Shown piece by piece: positions 1 through 13,452 of a stretch of DNA of 64,000 nucleotides. Where the stretch lies: contig NC_087436.1 in the NCBI RefSeq assembly GCF_036321535.1, positions 48,672,001-48,736,000 on the forward strand, given 5' to 3'. Source of the DNA: Camelus dromedarius. Lineage: Eukaryota. Every line of letters begins with the position of its first letter. The first letter of the stretch is position 1. The notes under the pieces are model-generated. The model was not told the origin of the DNA and did no database searches. It was given only the letters and a program-made list of their open reading frames with translations. The translations under genes and the position numbers were made by a program.

Positions 1-959
1 TAGAGAAAAACTTGTGCAGTTTAAAGTCAGGTTGATAAACGCTTTTAGCAGGCTGAGGCTTAGGAGCTCCTGCTGTAGGCTGAGGCCTGCAGCTTGAACA
101 ACAGGATACAAGGAAACTGCAAGAGGTCAAAACAATTGCAGACATACATAGTTGAGGCAAGTTATAAACAACAAGAGGCACAAAACACCCAACTGCTGTT
201 TCTGAGGTGTCAGGCTCAAGGGGAGGGCACTGGGGTCAGGAGCAGGGAACTGAGGGCAAAAGCAGGGCACTGAGCATGCTCCCCTCCTGCAGCACCGTGA
301 GGGGTTTGGGTGGGCCATCCAAGCATCCCTCCTCTCCAGCCCAACCCTGGTCAGCAAAAGCATGAGGAAAACCCTGTAAACCATCATACAGCTAAACAGT
401 TCCAAACACCAACACAGATATCAGATGGTCACCAATGACAATAGGGTCCTGCTTGGTTGCATTTTCTCAAAGAATTCTTAATATGACAGTTCTTTAAAGG
501 GAAAAAAAATCCATCAAATAAATAAAAACTCACAGCTTTCTCTGAAAGTCTCCAATACTGTTGTGAGGACCAAAACCATTCCAGTTTATGGTAACATGAT
601 ACAGCTCACAAATCGTACTTTCATTACCTGCTCTCTAAGGGCAACATTCAGTGTGTATTAGAAAACTGTAACTATTTTCGGCCTTAACGTGGCAGATTAG
701 TGCACAGGTCTAGCTATGAAAAATGTTTGTGTGTCAAGGAAAGCTATAAGCACCACAGCAACACAGGCTGCTTTCACAGATGCACTGAGTGATAAATAAT
801 GAAGTACTTCTATTTTGCAACAGTGTTTTTGCACCTAGTCTGAGCAAAGCACAGTGTTAGCGGGTGTGGAGGAAGCACAGACAAATGAGTCATGGAAGCA
901 GTCTTCAAGGACAGGAGCACAGCCCTCTGTGTTACAGGGACAGATAACTGGCTTAGACT

Positions 960-1530
960 ACAGAGAGACTTGCCTGGCTCACATAACTCAAAGGCCAAGA
1001 GAAAAGCTAGCTTCAGGGAAGGCTTGATTTAGTGACTCAGCCATGTCTCCAAGGACCCAGGTTCTCTCTGTATTTCTTTCTGTTTTCTACAGGCTCAAGT
1101 TTATCCTCAGACTCTAAAGTTCTTGTGGCCACTCCAGATGGTCCCCTGATGGTGGCAAGTGGCTGCCACTGCCACAAGATTGTCACCCTCTCACCACGTT
1201 GTCTAGGGATGGAAGAGTCTCTGTGTTTGTTTTCTCAGCAATAACTGGGAGAGCTCCTTGGTTATGACCAGTGTGGGTATAAGGCCCATATTTAAACCCA
1301 TCACTAGAGCAAGGGGAGTACTCTGTTCAGCCCAGGTCTGTGTTACTGGTCAGTGCCTGAACCACTTCCTGCTAACTGATCAGCCTAAGTGATCAGGTCT
1401 ATCCTGGTGCTTGGGTGTGGTTGACTCCACTCAAAGCACTTGTCAAGAATGAGAAAAGAGCATTTTCACCTATTTAGCATCAGGCTTTCATTGTCTAAAA
1501 AGGGGAAAGGAAAGTAGGGAAGCAACCAAC
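960..1530. mobile_element. Old MaLR (MLT1-type) LTR remnant
   Basis: gcttcagggaaggcttgatttag...ccaaggacccaggttctct resembles old MLT1 LTRs; boundaries approximate. Confidence 0.4.
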
Positions 1531-2089
1531 AAATGCCCAAGGGTAAACTTGAGGGAGGCAGATGTGGTGATGCTCTGACCAGGAGCTGTTTGTTGCCCCT
1601 TCAGTGATGCTCTCACTGCCACTGTGCAGACAACCATCTGTGCCACATGAGCTGTGGGATTCCCTTGGGAGAGGACTGCTGCAGCTTTCAGCTAGAGGAT
1701 CGATTTTGCAGGAAGGTGGTTGTGATACAGAAGACGTGTTTCACTCTAGCTGAAGTGTTAGAGGCTAGGAACTAAAAAGCATGCATGATCAGAGCCATCT
1801 GAAGAAAATCAGATTTGGAGCTGTTACTGGGGTTAGAACCCAATGGTTCTATGTCCCACAGCAGCTCCCTTGGTGACCACTTCTTCAGCACATACAAATA
1901 ACATACTCACAATGTTTGCACAGAGGTATATAAGGAGGTGACATGATGTTCAGTTCATCCCAGGGAGGGAAGCAGTATAGTGACTGGAAAGGGCTTTGGA
2001 ATGGATGATGAAAGTCTTGGTTTCTAGTCTGGCCTGTGCTACTAATTCACTCAAGACCATGTCAACACATGGGCAGTGGAGTCAGTCTG

Positions 2090-2200
2090 TCAGTCAGCAC
2101 AGTTCCTAACTGTGTGCCCTTGGGCAAATTACTTAACCTCTCTGATCCCAAATTTTCTCCTATGTAAAATAAGGATACTAATAATCCTTATTGTTACTGT
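2090..2200 (+). mobile_element. MIR SINE
   Basis: Core tgtgtgcccttgggcaaattacttaacctctctga...tgtaaaataagga. Confidence 0.7.
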
Positions 2201-3073
2201 GGAATCTTGCTATGCCCCAGTTTGCTCCCATGTAAACAAATGAAGGAATGATTTACACAGTAGTTATTAATCACTGGTGGATATAGAGGGTTGGTATTAT
2301 ATATGTGGAATGGAAAAAGATTGAGAAATAAATGTAGTTAATTGAAAATCACACAGAAAAAATTTGGAAGTGAACTCAGACCTCTTAATTCCATGTGCAG
2401 GAGACCTGGCTGCTGTGCTGTTCCTGGGAGGACAGGGCAGCCTGTGGTGCGAGGCCACGCACCAGTCAGACAGGACCCAGGGCTGGCAGGGTAAACCGAG
2501 GGGTCCCCTTATTTACAACTGAAGATTTCCTGCTTTACTAATTAATAACCACTGTTTCTACTCAAAGAGTGTGGAAGGCAGATGCACCAGACCCTATGTG
2601 GAGTGAAACCTTTTCAAACACTCACAGGGGCTATGCTCCCAGGCCCCTGTCTACTCTGCTGCAGGCTTTTGCCCCACCTAGGGGTGTACCTCCACCTTCT
2701 AAACGAAGTCCAGCAGTGCAGCCAGCCCTGCGGAACCCACGGTTTGGGTTGGAATTCTGGTTCCACCTCGTGACTTTGGACAAGTTATTAAAACACTCTG
2801 AGTATCGGTTCATTTCCTCATCTATACCAGAGGGTGTGGGTAGCAATGTCTTGCAGGATGGTTGTGGGATCAGTTCAATGCAGAGTACTTTGCTCCACTC
2901 CCATGGGGTCACATGGGGTCAGGGAGTCGGGCTTTATTTGCTGAAGCCCTGAGGGGTTAGGTGTTTAAGTGGAGACGTATTTCAGACATATGGAATCATT
3001 GCTATATTTTAGAATTTGGGCTCTGAAAATTATACTATCTTTTAAGTAAGAAATTTATTGAAAATGAGAAGTA

Positions 3074-3378
3074 CCGTTGGCCCTCCGTGTCTGTAAGTTC
3101 TGTATTCATGGACTCAAAAATATTTATTCAAAAATGTTTTTTAAAATTTCAGAAAGTTCCAAAAAAGCAAAACTTGAATTTGCTGCGCAGTAGCCACTGT
3201 AATTGTATTTAAATTGTATTAGGTATTATAAGTAATCTAGAGATGATATAAAGTATATGGGAGGATGTATGTTATATGCAAATATTATGACATTTGATAT
3301 AAGGGACTTGAGCATCCTTGGATTTTATATCGGGAAGGATTCTGGAACCAATCTCCCTCAGATACTGAGGGATGACTG
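3074..3378 (-). mobile_element. MER2-like TcMar-Tigger MITE
   Basis: TA-flanked inverted ends (ccgttggccctccgtgtctg ... cagatactgagggatgactg); internal ataagggacttgagcatcc. Confidence 0.75.
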
Positions 3379-4399
3379 TATTTAGTGTTATTGTTGCTTT
3401 AAAAGTGTCAGCTTTTGAAGTGTCTAGGTATTATTTTGAAACATGGCTGATGGATTGGTGGTGAACAAGACACAAATGCTAATAGAAAACATGGCTCAGG
3501 AACCCATCACAGGATTTCTAAGAGGGGAGAATCCCAAGGAGTCATTTGAATTCCCTGTGTATGTGCCCCCATCTCCACCCCTCCCACTCTAATCGTCTCA
3601 ATTTCCGGGCTTTAAAATGGCACTGACTGTACACAGTACAACCGACTAGAGTAGTAACTGTCTAATACAATAAACAGCAAAGCAGCATGTGGTTTATTTG
3701 AAAAAATGTAAACTTCAGAGCCCCACTGCCACCTACTAACCAGTGTGACTTTAGGAGGGTTGTTTAAACTCCCTGGACCCCTGTTTCCTCATCTATAGAA
3801 TGGGGGCAATAATACTTCTTTAAAATTTGTTGTGAAGTTTAAATAAAACATACATCTCAGCAGCTTAGCCCATAGTGAACAATCAATTAACAGTTTTTAT
3901 TCTTTTTGTGTGTGTGTGTGGTTTTGAGGCTAATTTTTCTCTAGTTCTTTACCAGTGTTGGTGCATTCCTGTTGTCCCTACATTACCTTTTCTAGAGTCA
4001 CACAACATGAAAAATGTGTAACTCATTTCTAGCACTGTCTTTCCCTGTTGGTTAATTAATAATTTTAGTTACTTTGGATGCCAAAGGATTACACTCTTTA
4101 GGAATCTGAGTCTTTTGGCCCACATGGGATTTGAATTCCCCATGCCTTTTGATTCATGGGAATTCTAAGATGACTGATACTCAAAAGTAAATAATCATGT
4201 TCTCATAACCACTAGCCAGTGGGTTTTTTTTTGTTTGTTTGTTTGTTTTTTTGTTTTTTTTTTTTGCCCTAGATCTATTTCCTGAAGAGAATGCATCACA
4301 CAATGGTATTTCTACGTTTGTTGCTTTCTCCATCACGGAGAACACCCAAATCCTTTGCTGGGCTGATCTATATCCAGGTTAGAGACAGCTGAACATGCC

Positions 4400-4730
4400 T
4401 GGCATGGACAGAATTATGTTCCCCTAAAAGCCATATATTGAAGTCCTAACTACCCCCCCATGTGATTATATTTGGAGATAATTAGGTTAGATGAGGTCAG
4501 GAGGGTGGGACCCTCATGATGGGATTTGTGCCCTTATAAGAAGAGGCACCAGAGAACTTTGCCATGAGAGGATGTAGTAAGAAGGTGGTGGGCTAGAAGC
4601 CAGGAAGCAGGACCTCTTCAGGGAACCCTGTTGGCTGGAACCTTGACTGGGGCCTTCTATCCTCCATAGGTGTGAGAAACAAGTTCGTGTGTTTAAGCCA
4701 CTCACTCTATGGTATTTCGTTAGATTAGAT
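4400..4730 (+). mobile_element. MLT1A/B-like MaLR solo LTR
   Basis: gaattatgttccc..ttgaagtcctaac..ttaggttagatgaggtca..gggtgggaccctcatgatgggatt..cccttataagaagagg..tgtttaagccactca. Confidence 0.75.
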
Positions 4731-4965
4731 TAAGATAATGACCATCCATATTGCTCCCCAAGCCGACTGTACAGTGAAAATGGGGAATTAAAACCCAAAT
4801 ACTGCTCTTTTATTCGAAAACTAGCTATAGGGATGAAATTTCATTGTATGTTGATCTGTTGTTCTGAAAATAACTGATATATTGTATACATAAAATATGT
4901 ATGCTATGCCTCATAATACAAGTGCTAGTCATTCAAAGATCTAAGTGTTTGGAGGCAGGGTCTGG

Positions 4966-5009
4966 TATATATGGATATGTGTATATATATATATATATGT
5001 ATGTATGTA

Positions 5010-5056
<47 letters not shown>

Positions 5057-5082
5057 ATGTGTATATATATATATATATATAT
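4966..5082. repeat. Compound microsatellite (TA)n(TATG)n(TG)n(TATG)n(TA)n
   Basis: Directly visible. Confidence 0.95.
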
Positions 5083-5301
5083 CGCAGACCCTTGAATAAC
5101 GTGGGATTAGGGACACTGACCCTCCCCGCAGTCGAGAATCTGAGTATAACTTCACAGTTGGCCCTCTGTATCTGCGGTTCTACAACATGGACTCGAACCA
5201 CCACAGGTCATGCAGTACTGTAGTATATATATTTAATGAAAAAGCATCTGCATTTAAGTGGACCAACACAATTCAAGCCCATGTTATCCAAGGGCCCTCT
5301 G
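5083..5301 (+). mobile_element. MER8-like Tigger2-family MITE
   Basis: gacccttgaataac...gcagtcgagaatctgagtataact...gtggacc..ttcaagcccatgtt..caaggg; similar copy at 19490. Confidence 0.75.
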
Positions 5302-7447
5302 TATATGCATAGAGGTGTATATAACAAACAAATTAACATAGGCAATCCAAATAAGCCACCAGTAATAAGAATAAGAGTGCTAATGATAATACTACTAATA
5401 AAAATGACTTCCTACCTATTGAATGCCTCATATGGCCAGATGTTGTGTTAAGTGCTATACAAATATTATACTATTCAAATTAATATGCACGAATCCTGAC
5501 GAAAGTATTGTACTCTTTCTTTCAGATAAGGAAACTGAGGATCAGAGAGGCTGACTAATTTGCCCGATATCACACAGCTGGTAACAGACAGAGATGCATG
5601 TTATCAGTGTGAAAACGGCCTTGACGTTGATGATAATGAGAGGCCTCCTGGGCCCATGAGCCAGGAGACCTGGGCTGCAGGCTGAGGATGAAGCACCTTC
5701 AGGCAGAGGTGAGCAAGTGCACAGTTAGCGCGGAGGGGGCGGGCAACCCTCAGCCCCTTATTGCCCACTCCGTGTACCCCACCCTTTCTGAGGCAAGCAC
5801 AGACCAACAGGAGAAAGCAGGGGGCTACAGCCACTGCTTTTGGTGACATTGTCATGGTGACAGGGCCCTGTGATTCCACCGTTACTCCAGGGACTTATAG
5901 AGGCCTCACTGAAGCTCCCAGGGGCAGGCACTTCATTTCCTGTGAGGTATCTCATTCAATAAACTTGCACCCATCACCAAAGAGGTAATAATAAATATCT
6001 TCCTTTCCCTCCCCTCCTTTCTAGGCCAAATCCTTGGCCAGTGCTAACAGGAGGTTGGGGGAAGTTTTTGACGAGGCGCCCCTCTGGGAAAGCAGGACAT
6101 TTTAGCTGTTTTATGTCCCTTCTCTACATCCTGCATTGGCCACACCACTTTCCTAGTCATATAGGGCCCACTCCCCTCTTTGTAATAGAGTCCTTGAGTT
6201 CACATCACTGAAGTCTGGGTTGGTCAAAGTCATGGTTCTTAATTTGGAGGGTAGCAATTTGGGGCCACATTGTTTCTCCTGTCTCAGATACCCTGGGAAT
6301 CACTAGGAGCTGAGAGCCAGCTTGCTTCCCTCAGGACCGCGGCCAGCTGATCCTTCTCTGTCAGCACGACTCACGGAGGATGTCCACCTTTTGGGTCTCA
6401 GAGCTGGGCCCTGGGCTCTCGCCAGGCATGTTTTTAGCAGGTTTCTGGAGCCTGGCTTCCTGCCCAGAGTTTCCACTGAAACTCTGGCACCCCTGCTGGG
6501 ATTTGGCTGGAACCAGGAAGAACTAAACTTGGCTTGATGGCCCATATCCCAAATGTCCTCATTTCACAGGACATCCGGCTTTTTTCCTGCTTTCCTGAGC
6601 AGGTCCCATGAAGTTGCTCACAAGCTCTGCTGCCCACCATCTCTCCCTGTGAGGCCGATCCAGGCTGACAGCACTTGATTGGTAATTGAGGATATCCATT
6701 TCTAGCGCCCCTCTCTCCGCTAGACAAAGAACAAACTAAAAAGACCCAGTTGTCAAATAGAGTCCAAAACACTAGTTGTATCGCTGCTGAGCAAGATTTA
6801 AAAAGGCAGCTTGGATCTGTTGGCTGGCACCATTGTCCCCTCCAGGGGCAAGGTCTCCCCCGGGGGGCTTACAAGATTGAGGAAAATGTGGAAACGACAA
6901 GGGGGCAAAGAGAGACAGAAGTGAGGCCCCGTTAGCCCCACCCAACAGGGAACCGGGGACCAAGATTCTGGCTGGACAACAGTCACTGCTCCTGGGGGCG
7001 GACGGAAGGGAGGGGAAAGAAAGGAAAGTGCGGTGACTTCCCTGCTAATTCTGAAAAGGGAAAGTTTCTAAATTTGTGGGTTGGCAGGGACCCAGGGAAG
7101 GGGGAACAGCAAACACCACCCACCCTACTCTGAACTCCGTTCCCTACACACATCCGAGAGTTGTATGGACAAGCAGCTAAAAAAGGACACAGGTAAGAAT
7201 AACAAGGAAGAAAAAACGTATAAGGATAGAAGGAAATATGAGAAATATGAAACATCCTGAAGAATAATTCAAGGACCTAAACGCTTCCTATCTTTTAGAC
7301 AGTTTTAAAGTTACCAAACATTGCTGAGATGCAAATACACTGAGGCTACAGAAGAAGGAGTGGAGGAGGATGGTTGACATTCTCAGGTAAACTGTACACT
7401 CAAAGATATCCCTTTCATGAGTTTTGCTGATGCTGAAGTTAAAGAAG

Positions 7448-7538
7448 TTTTTTTTTTAAATGGAGGTACTAGGAATTGAACCCAGGACCTTGTGCATGTT
7501 AAGCATACACTCTACCACTGAGCTATAATCTACCCCCC
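7448..7538 (-). mobile_element. tRNA-Ala-derived SINE (camelid Vic-1-like)
   Basis: Reverse strand: gggggg..tatagctcagtggtagagtgtatgcttaacatgcacaaggtcctgggttcaattcctagtacctcca plus A tail. Confidence 0.8.
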
Positions 7539-8519
7539 TGAAATTTTTTTTAATGAATGATATTTTTTAGTAAAGCAGTTAAGAACCTCATAAAGCACGA
7601 TTATATCTTCATTATTCAGTTAGTTCAGGATTTTAAATTACTAAACTAACCAGATTAATCTATTTTCCAATATAGCACTTTTCATCTACTCTGAAAATGT
7701 TTAGAAGTGGCATTGCCAGGTCAAAGGGAAATCTTGTACCTTGGACAGAATAGGCAGTGATCTCATATCAGGAGCTGCCAACCACTCCCACCAATGGGAG
7801 GATTTCCTTCATGCCCAAAGAAATCACAGATTTTGTATAGTAGGAGATCAGGAGGGCAGGAATCGAGCCAGTTTTCCCAGTGAGCGCTGCTAGTAGGCCT
7901 CCCCAGGGGTGTTCTAATATGGCCACACAAACTGCAGCAGCAAACCCCCCCCCAAAACAAAAAACACTTGTTTAGGACAGCTGGCTAATCCTGGATGAAT
8001 CAAATTGCAACCAACTTGAAAAGATGTAGACTTGGTAAGAATAGCAGTGCACACTTGACAGAATTGCCCATTAATACTGTTTTTAAAAATACCTAAAGAC
8101 TTAACACTTTTATAAAAATAACTTGGTATTCTTTGCATACAAGTGCAACCCATTACAGGAGAAATTTATGGCCACTCCATTGCTCAGTGATCTCATAAAA
8201 AATATGAATAGAGAGACGTTTGCTTTTGAATATAGGGTAAAAGCTAGCACATCAAAGTGGAAACAATATTTTGCAAAGTTTCCCTCCCAGGATTAGCGCA
8301 GCTCTTTGAAAGTTTGTTGTCTGCAGAGGAACTTTCTTCTGATCTTGGAGGAACGAGAGGAAGAATTCTAGGGTTTTGATTTTCATGCAGGAATTGTAGA
8401 CACAAATCACTTTTAAGCATATTATAGGGCAGGATTTAGGATAATCTTTATGGATTACAAATCAGATGTATTTAAATGGAGCATTGGTTGATTACATGTA
8501 CGTGATTACATTGTGTAAT

Positions 8520-8910
8520 ACTTTAGGAACCATCTTGCTGGGCTCTCCCGCTCCTATGCTGGCTTTGAAGAAGCCCCATGGAGCCCCATGTGGGAAGAAA
8601 CCATGGAATGCCTCAAGGACTTAAGGGCAGTTTACAGCCTTCATCCAGCAAGAAAATGAGGCAGATGCAAGGAGCTGAATTCTGCCAACAACTACATGAG
8701 CTTGGAAGTGGATCCTTCCATAGTCAAGTCTTGAATGATGCTGCATCTCTGACTGACATCTTGATTGCAGTCTTGTAAGACCCTGAGGCAGAGAACCCAC
8801 TTACACCATGCGTAGACCCCTAACTCATAGAAACTGTGAGAAAACACATGTGTATAGTTTAACCTTCTAAGTTTGTGGAAATATTGTTAGACAGTAATAG
8901 AAAACTAATG
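8520..8910 (+). mobile_element. MLT1D/E-like MaLR LTR
   Basis: ctggctttgaaga..cagcaagaaaatg..gaattctgccaacaac..gagcttggaagtgga..agaaactgtgaga..taatagaaaactaat. Confidence 0.7.
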
Positions 8911-11900
8911 TAATCTATTTGCTATAGTGGAATGACTGTCAGTCATTGGTGTCAGAGGATATCTTTAAGGAAGCCCATGAAAAAGTCAAATGGGCAGGTG
9001 GCGGTATAAATACCTCAAGTTAAAATGATGCCAAGTATGTAACTCAACCCAGGACCTATTCCCCATATAGGCTGTAGGAGCGTTGGGGCATTTACTGGGG
9101 CTTCATACTCTTGCAGTAACTCATCCATACTTTGGAGATACAGAATTCTATACTCCCCAAAAGACCAGAAAATTGACGCTCTGCAGTATGTTCTCATCAC
9201 GCTGTGAAAGGACATTGGGAAAACTCCATTTCCCACATACTTCTTATTAGACCAAAAAGATACCTTTAAAAATTAACTAAAATGCAAATGCAGAAACAGC
9301 AGGTACATCTTTCTCATTCCTTAAAGCAAAGAACAGACTTCTTCAAAACAGAGGTTCAAAGGTCACTATTTTTCTTCTTTGTTAGCAACATAACATGGTG
9401 TGGGCTGAAGAAACTAGAGAAGAAAAAACTGCTTACAGCAAATTTTCTTCACCCTATTTTGTTTTGTGCTTCTGGAGCAGGACTCCTCCAGGTTAATGGT
9501 GCTGCCAGATCCAAAAGGTCCTTTGGAGCAATTCAATACAGCTGGAAACTGCTCTGACAGCCGCCCGTGACAATGAGAGAGGAAGAGGCCCACGGAGACT
9601 GTAATCTCACATTCCCCTGTGGCTGAACAGATAGTCGAGCTTTTCTCCTAACCTCAGGGTAGATATGTTACAAAGCTTGACTCCATTCGACTTCCAGATG
9701 GGAACCAGGACCTTTGATTTGTAAAGAGGCATCTACTCTGCTTGGAGAAGATCAAACTGTATGTAATATGAGGGAGGATTGTGTGAACTGACCAGATTAC
9801 CCTGCATCAGAGGTAATGCTGGAAGTTGGAATGAGGACTCCTAGCTCTGAAAGCCACGTAACCATTTAGAGCGTTGTTTGGAAATCAAAGTACAAACCAG
9901 CTCTAGGATGGCTGATAGGTCTCAGGGTTTGAATCTAGTCTGAACTGATTGGGAAGGACTTCCTGAAAGTGGACTAGAGAAGGAGCTCGAAGGTGAATCC
10001 ACTGGGACGGAAGAGTGATGTGGGCCATGTGTGCTTGGAAGTCAAAGAGCAGTGAGCCGGAGGCCCGGAGGGCTGGCACTTCGAGATCGCACAGGATAGC
10101 TCGCTAAAGGAGCCCTACAGGAAGCTATAGACTACCTCCCGAATAATTCTAACCTCTGTTGAAAAAAAATCTTTCTTTTGTTCAATGAACACAGTCAAGG
10201 CAAACAAATCAACACCTTTTAAAGCAGAATAAGGCAAGGTGTTACTTGTTTTTGTGTTTGTTTATTTGTTTTGTTTTCAGCTATCATCCAGCAGTCCCTG
10301 GACTTGGGGAGTTTTTATGAAGCATTTAATCCTAAGCAATGCAATTTGGGCTAACATCCTGCAGTTTAAGTAGCTGTTGAAGTAAGATGCCATTTTAAAG
10401 CAAACCAATATAGAAAATAATACACTGTTCTTTGCTGATCAGAAGGGCTCCACAGTCATTTAGAGATTCGACTGAAAGTTATTTTTCCAACACTGGCACT
10501 GGGCTGGCCACAAATTTACCAGATTTTCTATCTCCCATATGGCTCATAGGCATTTTGCCTTCTGTGGTAAACTCTCAGAATGAAGCTGTTATCCGCAAAG
10601 GCATCTAGTTAGGGTCCTCACTATTATCATGCTTTAATTACCCAAGACTTTGCAGAATAACCCACTGAGCTCAACTGCAGAAGCTTCGAACCTACAAATT
10701 TCCACAACTGTCTATTGCTAATTGCCCTGCAAGTGTCCAGCAGAGCAGCTGGGAGGGAACAGCAAATTTTTTTCCCTTTTTTTAATATTGTTTTTCAATG
10801 AAAAGTTTTTGGATCTAAAAAGAAAGATTCCTATTAGCTTGTTTCTTCCCTAGTTCTGTTTCTAAAGGACTCCCAACTATGAAGGCCTGGCTGTTCTGGG
10901 AATCTAAACTACTGTACTACAGCCCAGGCCTCCAGGGAATGTTTCCATGGTTCACTGGAGCAAATGAAGGAAAGAGGCCAGCAATTACGAACAGATTGTG
11001 AATCATTTTCTACAGCATAATTAGGCTTCTGGAATCCCTAGAGGGCCCGTCCACGGAAGCAGTCCAAAGTCCTGGAGAAACAACTCAATGTTTATGGTTC
11101 ATCCATTCAATAGAATATGATGCAGCCATTCAAACTAGGGGGCAGAGGCATGTCCAACTTCAGGGAAAGCTGTCCACAAAGATTCATAGGTTTAAATAAA
11201 AAAGTCTGAGAGAATATATACCCAAGTAGCAGCCATGGCAATTTCCAGATTGAGGTGTAATGTCTTCCTTCTTTCCTTCCCTCCCTACCTCCTTCCTTCT
11301 TTCCTTTCTTCCTTTTTCTTTTTTTTTTTTTTTTTTTTTGAATTTTATCAATATTCTATAGTAAGCATTTATGACTTCTGAAATTTTCAGAAATGTTCCC
11401 TGGGTTCTCTGGGTACCATTGAGTGGATATTCAGACCTCAAAGCCTCTTCCTGCTCTGGCTTTGCCCCACAGCCCTGCAGGACCCCTCTGATTTGTACTG
11501 TGGCTCTGCAGTAGATAAGAACATTTTGAAAATCAGACCTGGTAGCTACTGTCCAAGTGACCTTGGCAAATTTGGTTACTCAGTGACCCTCCGATTTCTT
11601 GTCTATGAAATAAGGAACTTAATACTACCTACACTCAAGCACTGCGGTCACATGAGGGAATTGTGTATTATCAAATGAGGCCAAACGAGATAGTACATGG
11701 AAAAGCATTTATGAACTGTAAACAGTGTGCAATTTTTAGCTCTTATCATGATTTCCTTGCTGTCCACACAGGGGCAGGAGAGGTCAAGAGGGCCCAAGCC
11801 CAGGGTGGCAGGACTGCCTCTTACAAGAGGCTCAGTGTGGTATTGTCATCATTCCTTTCCGACAGAAATGCTGTTATCCAAATCAGTTTCCCTAGTTGTC

Positions 11901-13149
11901 TCAATAATGCATTTCTATTTTCTCCCAATTCAGTATTTATTCAAAAAGGCTTTTAGAAACACTAGCTGTGAAACGCGAGGAAAGTGGTATACAAGTAGAA
12001 CAGCTTATGAAAGGTCCCGAGATGTTACCAAATGTGCACAGTGGCTGCGGTGTTTGAGAATTACAGTGCCAGGGCCACAGCGTTCAAAAGCCTATTCTCT
12101 AAAGATGCCCTGGACTTCTCTGTGTGCCTGGTCCTCTGCCTGTGGTTAGACTGAAAACAACCATATTAATAAAAGTTGCAACTCAAAATTGCCCTTTTGA
12201 CAGTAAATTGTTGGCCCCATGAAGAATATTAGCCTAAATGAATAAGCTTCACTGCAAAAGAGAAAAATGCAGGTGCATCTTGCTTGTTATTCAACTGTCT
12301 ACTCTCGGCTTCCTCACAATGCAGGCATAGATAAATTCTTTTACACTTAGAAGCTATTTGATTGAAATTCTAAAAATATGTGCAATGATAGATAAGAAAT
12401 ATAGTGTATCAACGACTCCAGCACACAGGCATACGTTAAAGCCCTGTGCATTTTATTTTTCAAAGAAAAATCGCAGATTGTGCAATGAAAACTCACAAAT
12501 CCTTCACTTTGATTTACCAAATATTAACATTTTGCCTCATTTGCTTTATTTTTCTCCCTCTATATTCACATTGTTGCTGTTGTTGTTGAACCTTTAGAGA
12601 GGAAGTCGTGAATCTTAGTTCTTATGGGTCTTCCTCTATTAATTTCAATGCCTGAAATTTGTTTCCCAAACATAAAAATATTTTGGAGTTTTCCGCTGCA
12701 TCCAAAACTCCTCCTCCATTTAACTTTTCAAGAGGATAATATGCCTCTTTGCAGCTGAGCTTTTGGGTTCCAAGACCAGCCCTGCCCCTTCACAGCAACA
12801 TGCCCTTTAAAAAGTCGCTTAATATTCCTCCAGCTCAGTTTTCATACCTGTTGTGGGAGGTGATTACGTATATGTCCTTGTATTGCAGTGAAGATTAAAT
12901 TAAATAGCATGGAAAGCACTTTGTAAACTGTAACTTTTCTGTGTATCTCCAAAGTGTTGTTATTCACAGTCCCAATGAAACAGAATTGACTCAGGTTCTC
13001 CTAATTATGAATTGGCCTGAAAACCACTTTTCAGGTATTTGGCAGTGCCTGCAGCAGTGTGGGTGTTTGCAGGCACTCACAAAGCCATTAGGAAAGGCAC
13101 GGAGCTTCCCTGGGGGTTACGTCCCTGCCTAGGGTTACTGCCGACCCTC

Positions 13150-13452
13150 GGGCAGTGGTTCTCTAGTATTAGCATCACAATTACTGCAGGGCTGTTACCA
13201 CCCAGACCGCTGGGCCCCCACCATTAAATTTGGTGAAGTGGTGATCAGGTTTATTTATTTGTTAATGGAGGAACTGAGGCCTGAACCCAGGACCTTGTGC
13301 ATGCTAAGCATGCTCTCTACCGCTGAGCTAAACCCTCCCCCCTGGATTTTGATTCAGTAGGTCTGGGATGCGCCTGAGACGCTGCATTTCAGACACTTCC
13401 CTGGTGATGCCGACGCTGCTGTTCCAGGACCACACTGTGAGAACCCACTGTT
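13150..13452. mobile_element. MER5A-like hAT-Charlie MITE (interrupted by SINE)
   Basis: cagtggttctc ... gattcagtaggtctggg ... ggaccacactgtgagaacccactg (inverted termini). Confidence 0.7.
13250..13342 (-). mobile_element. tRNA-Ala-derived SINE (Vic-1-like) nested in a MER5A-like element
   Basis: A box (tagctcagcggtagag), B-box-like gggttcagg, AAAT tail; MER5A-like sequence on both sides. Confidence 0.8.

Noticed and set aside
4901..5223. YI/CV/HT-repeat ORFs
   Set aside because: Translations of the microsatellite.
6065..6725. CTCF-like motifs (agaggggcgcc near 6075-6085 and agaggggcgctag near 6703-6715, minus strand)
   Set aside because: Only the 3' half of the consensus matches and the spacing and 5' CC bases are off; not supportable without a PWM scan or ChIP data.
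9015..9236. 73-aa ORF as a possible exon of a neighbouring gene
   Set aside because: No recognisable homology or convincing splice sites.
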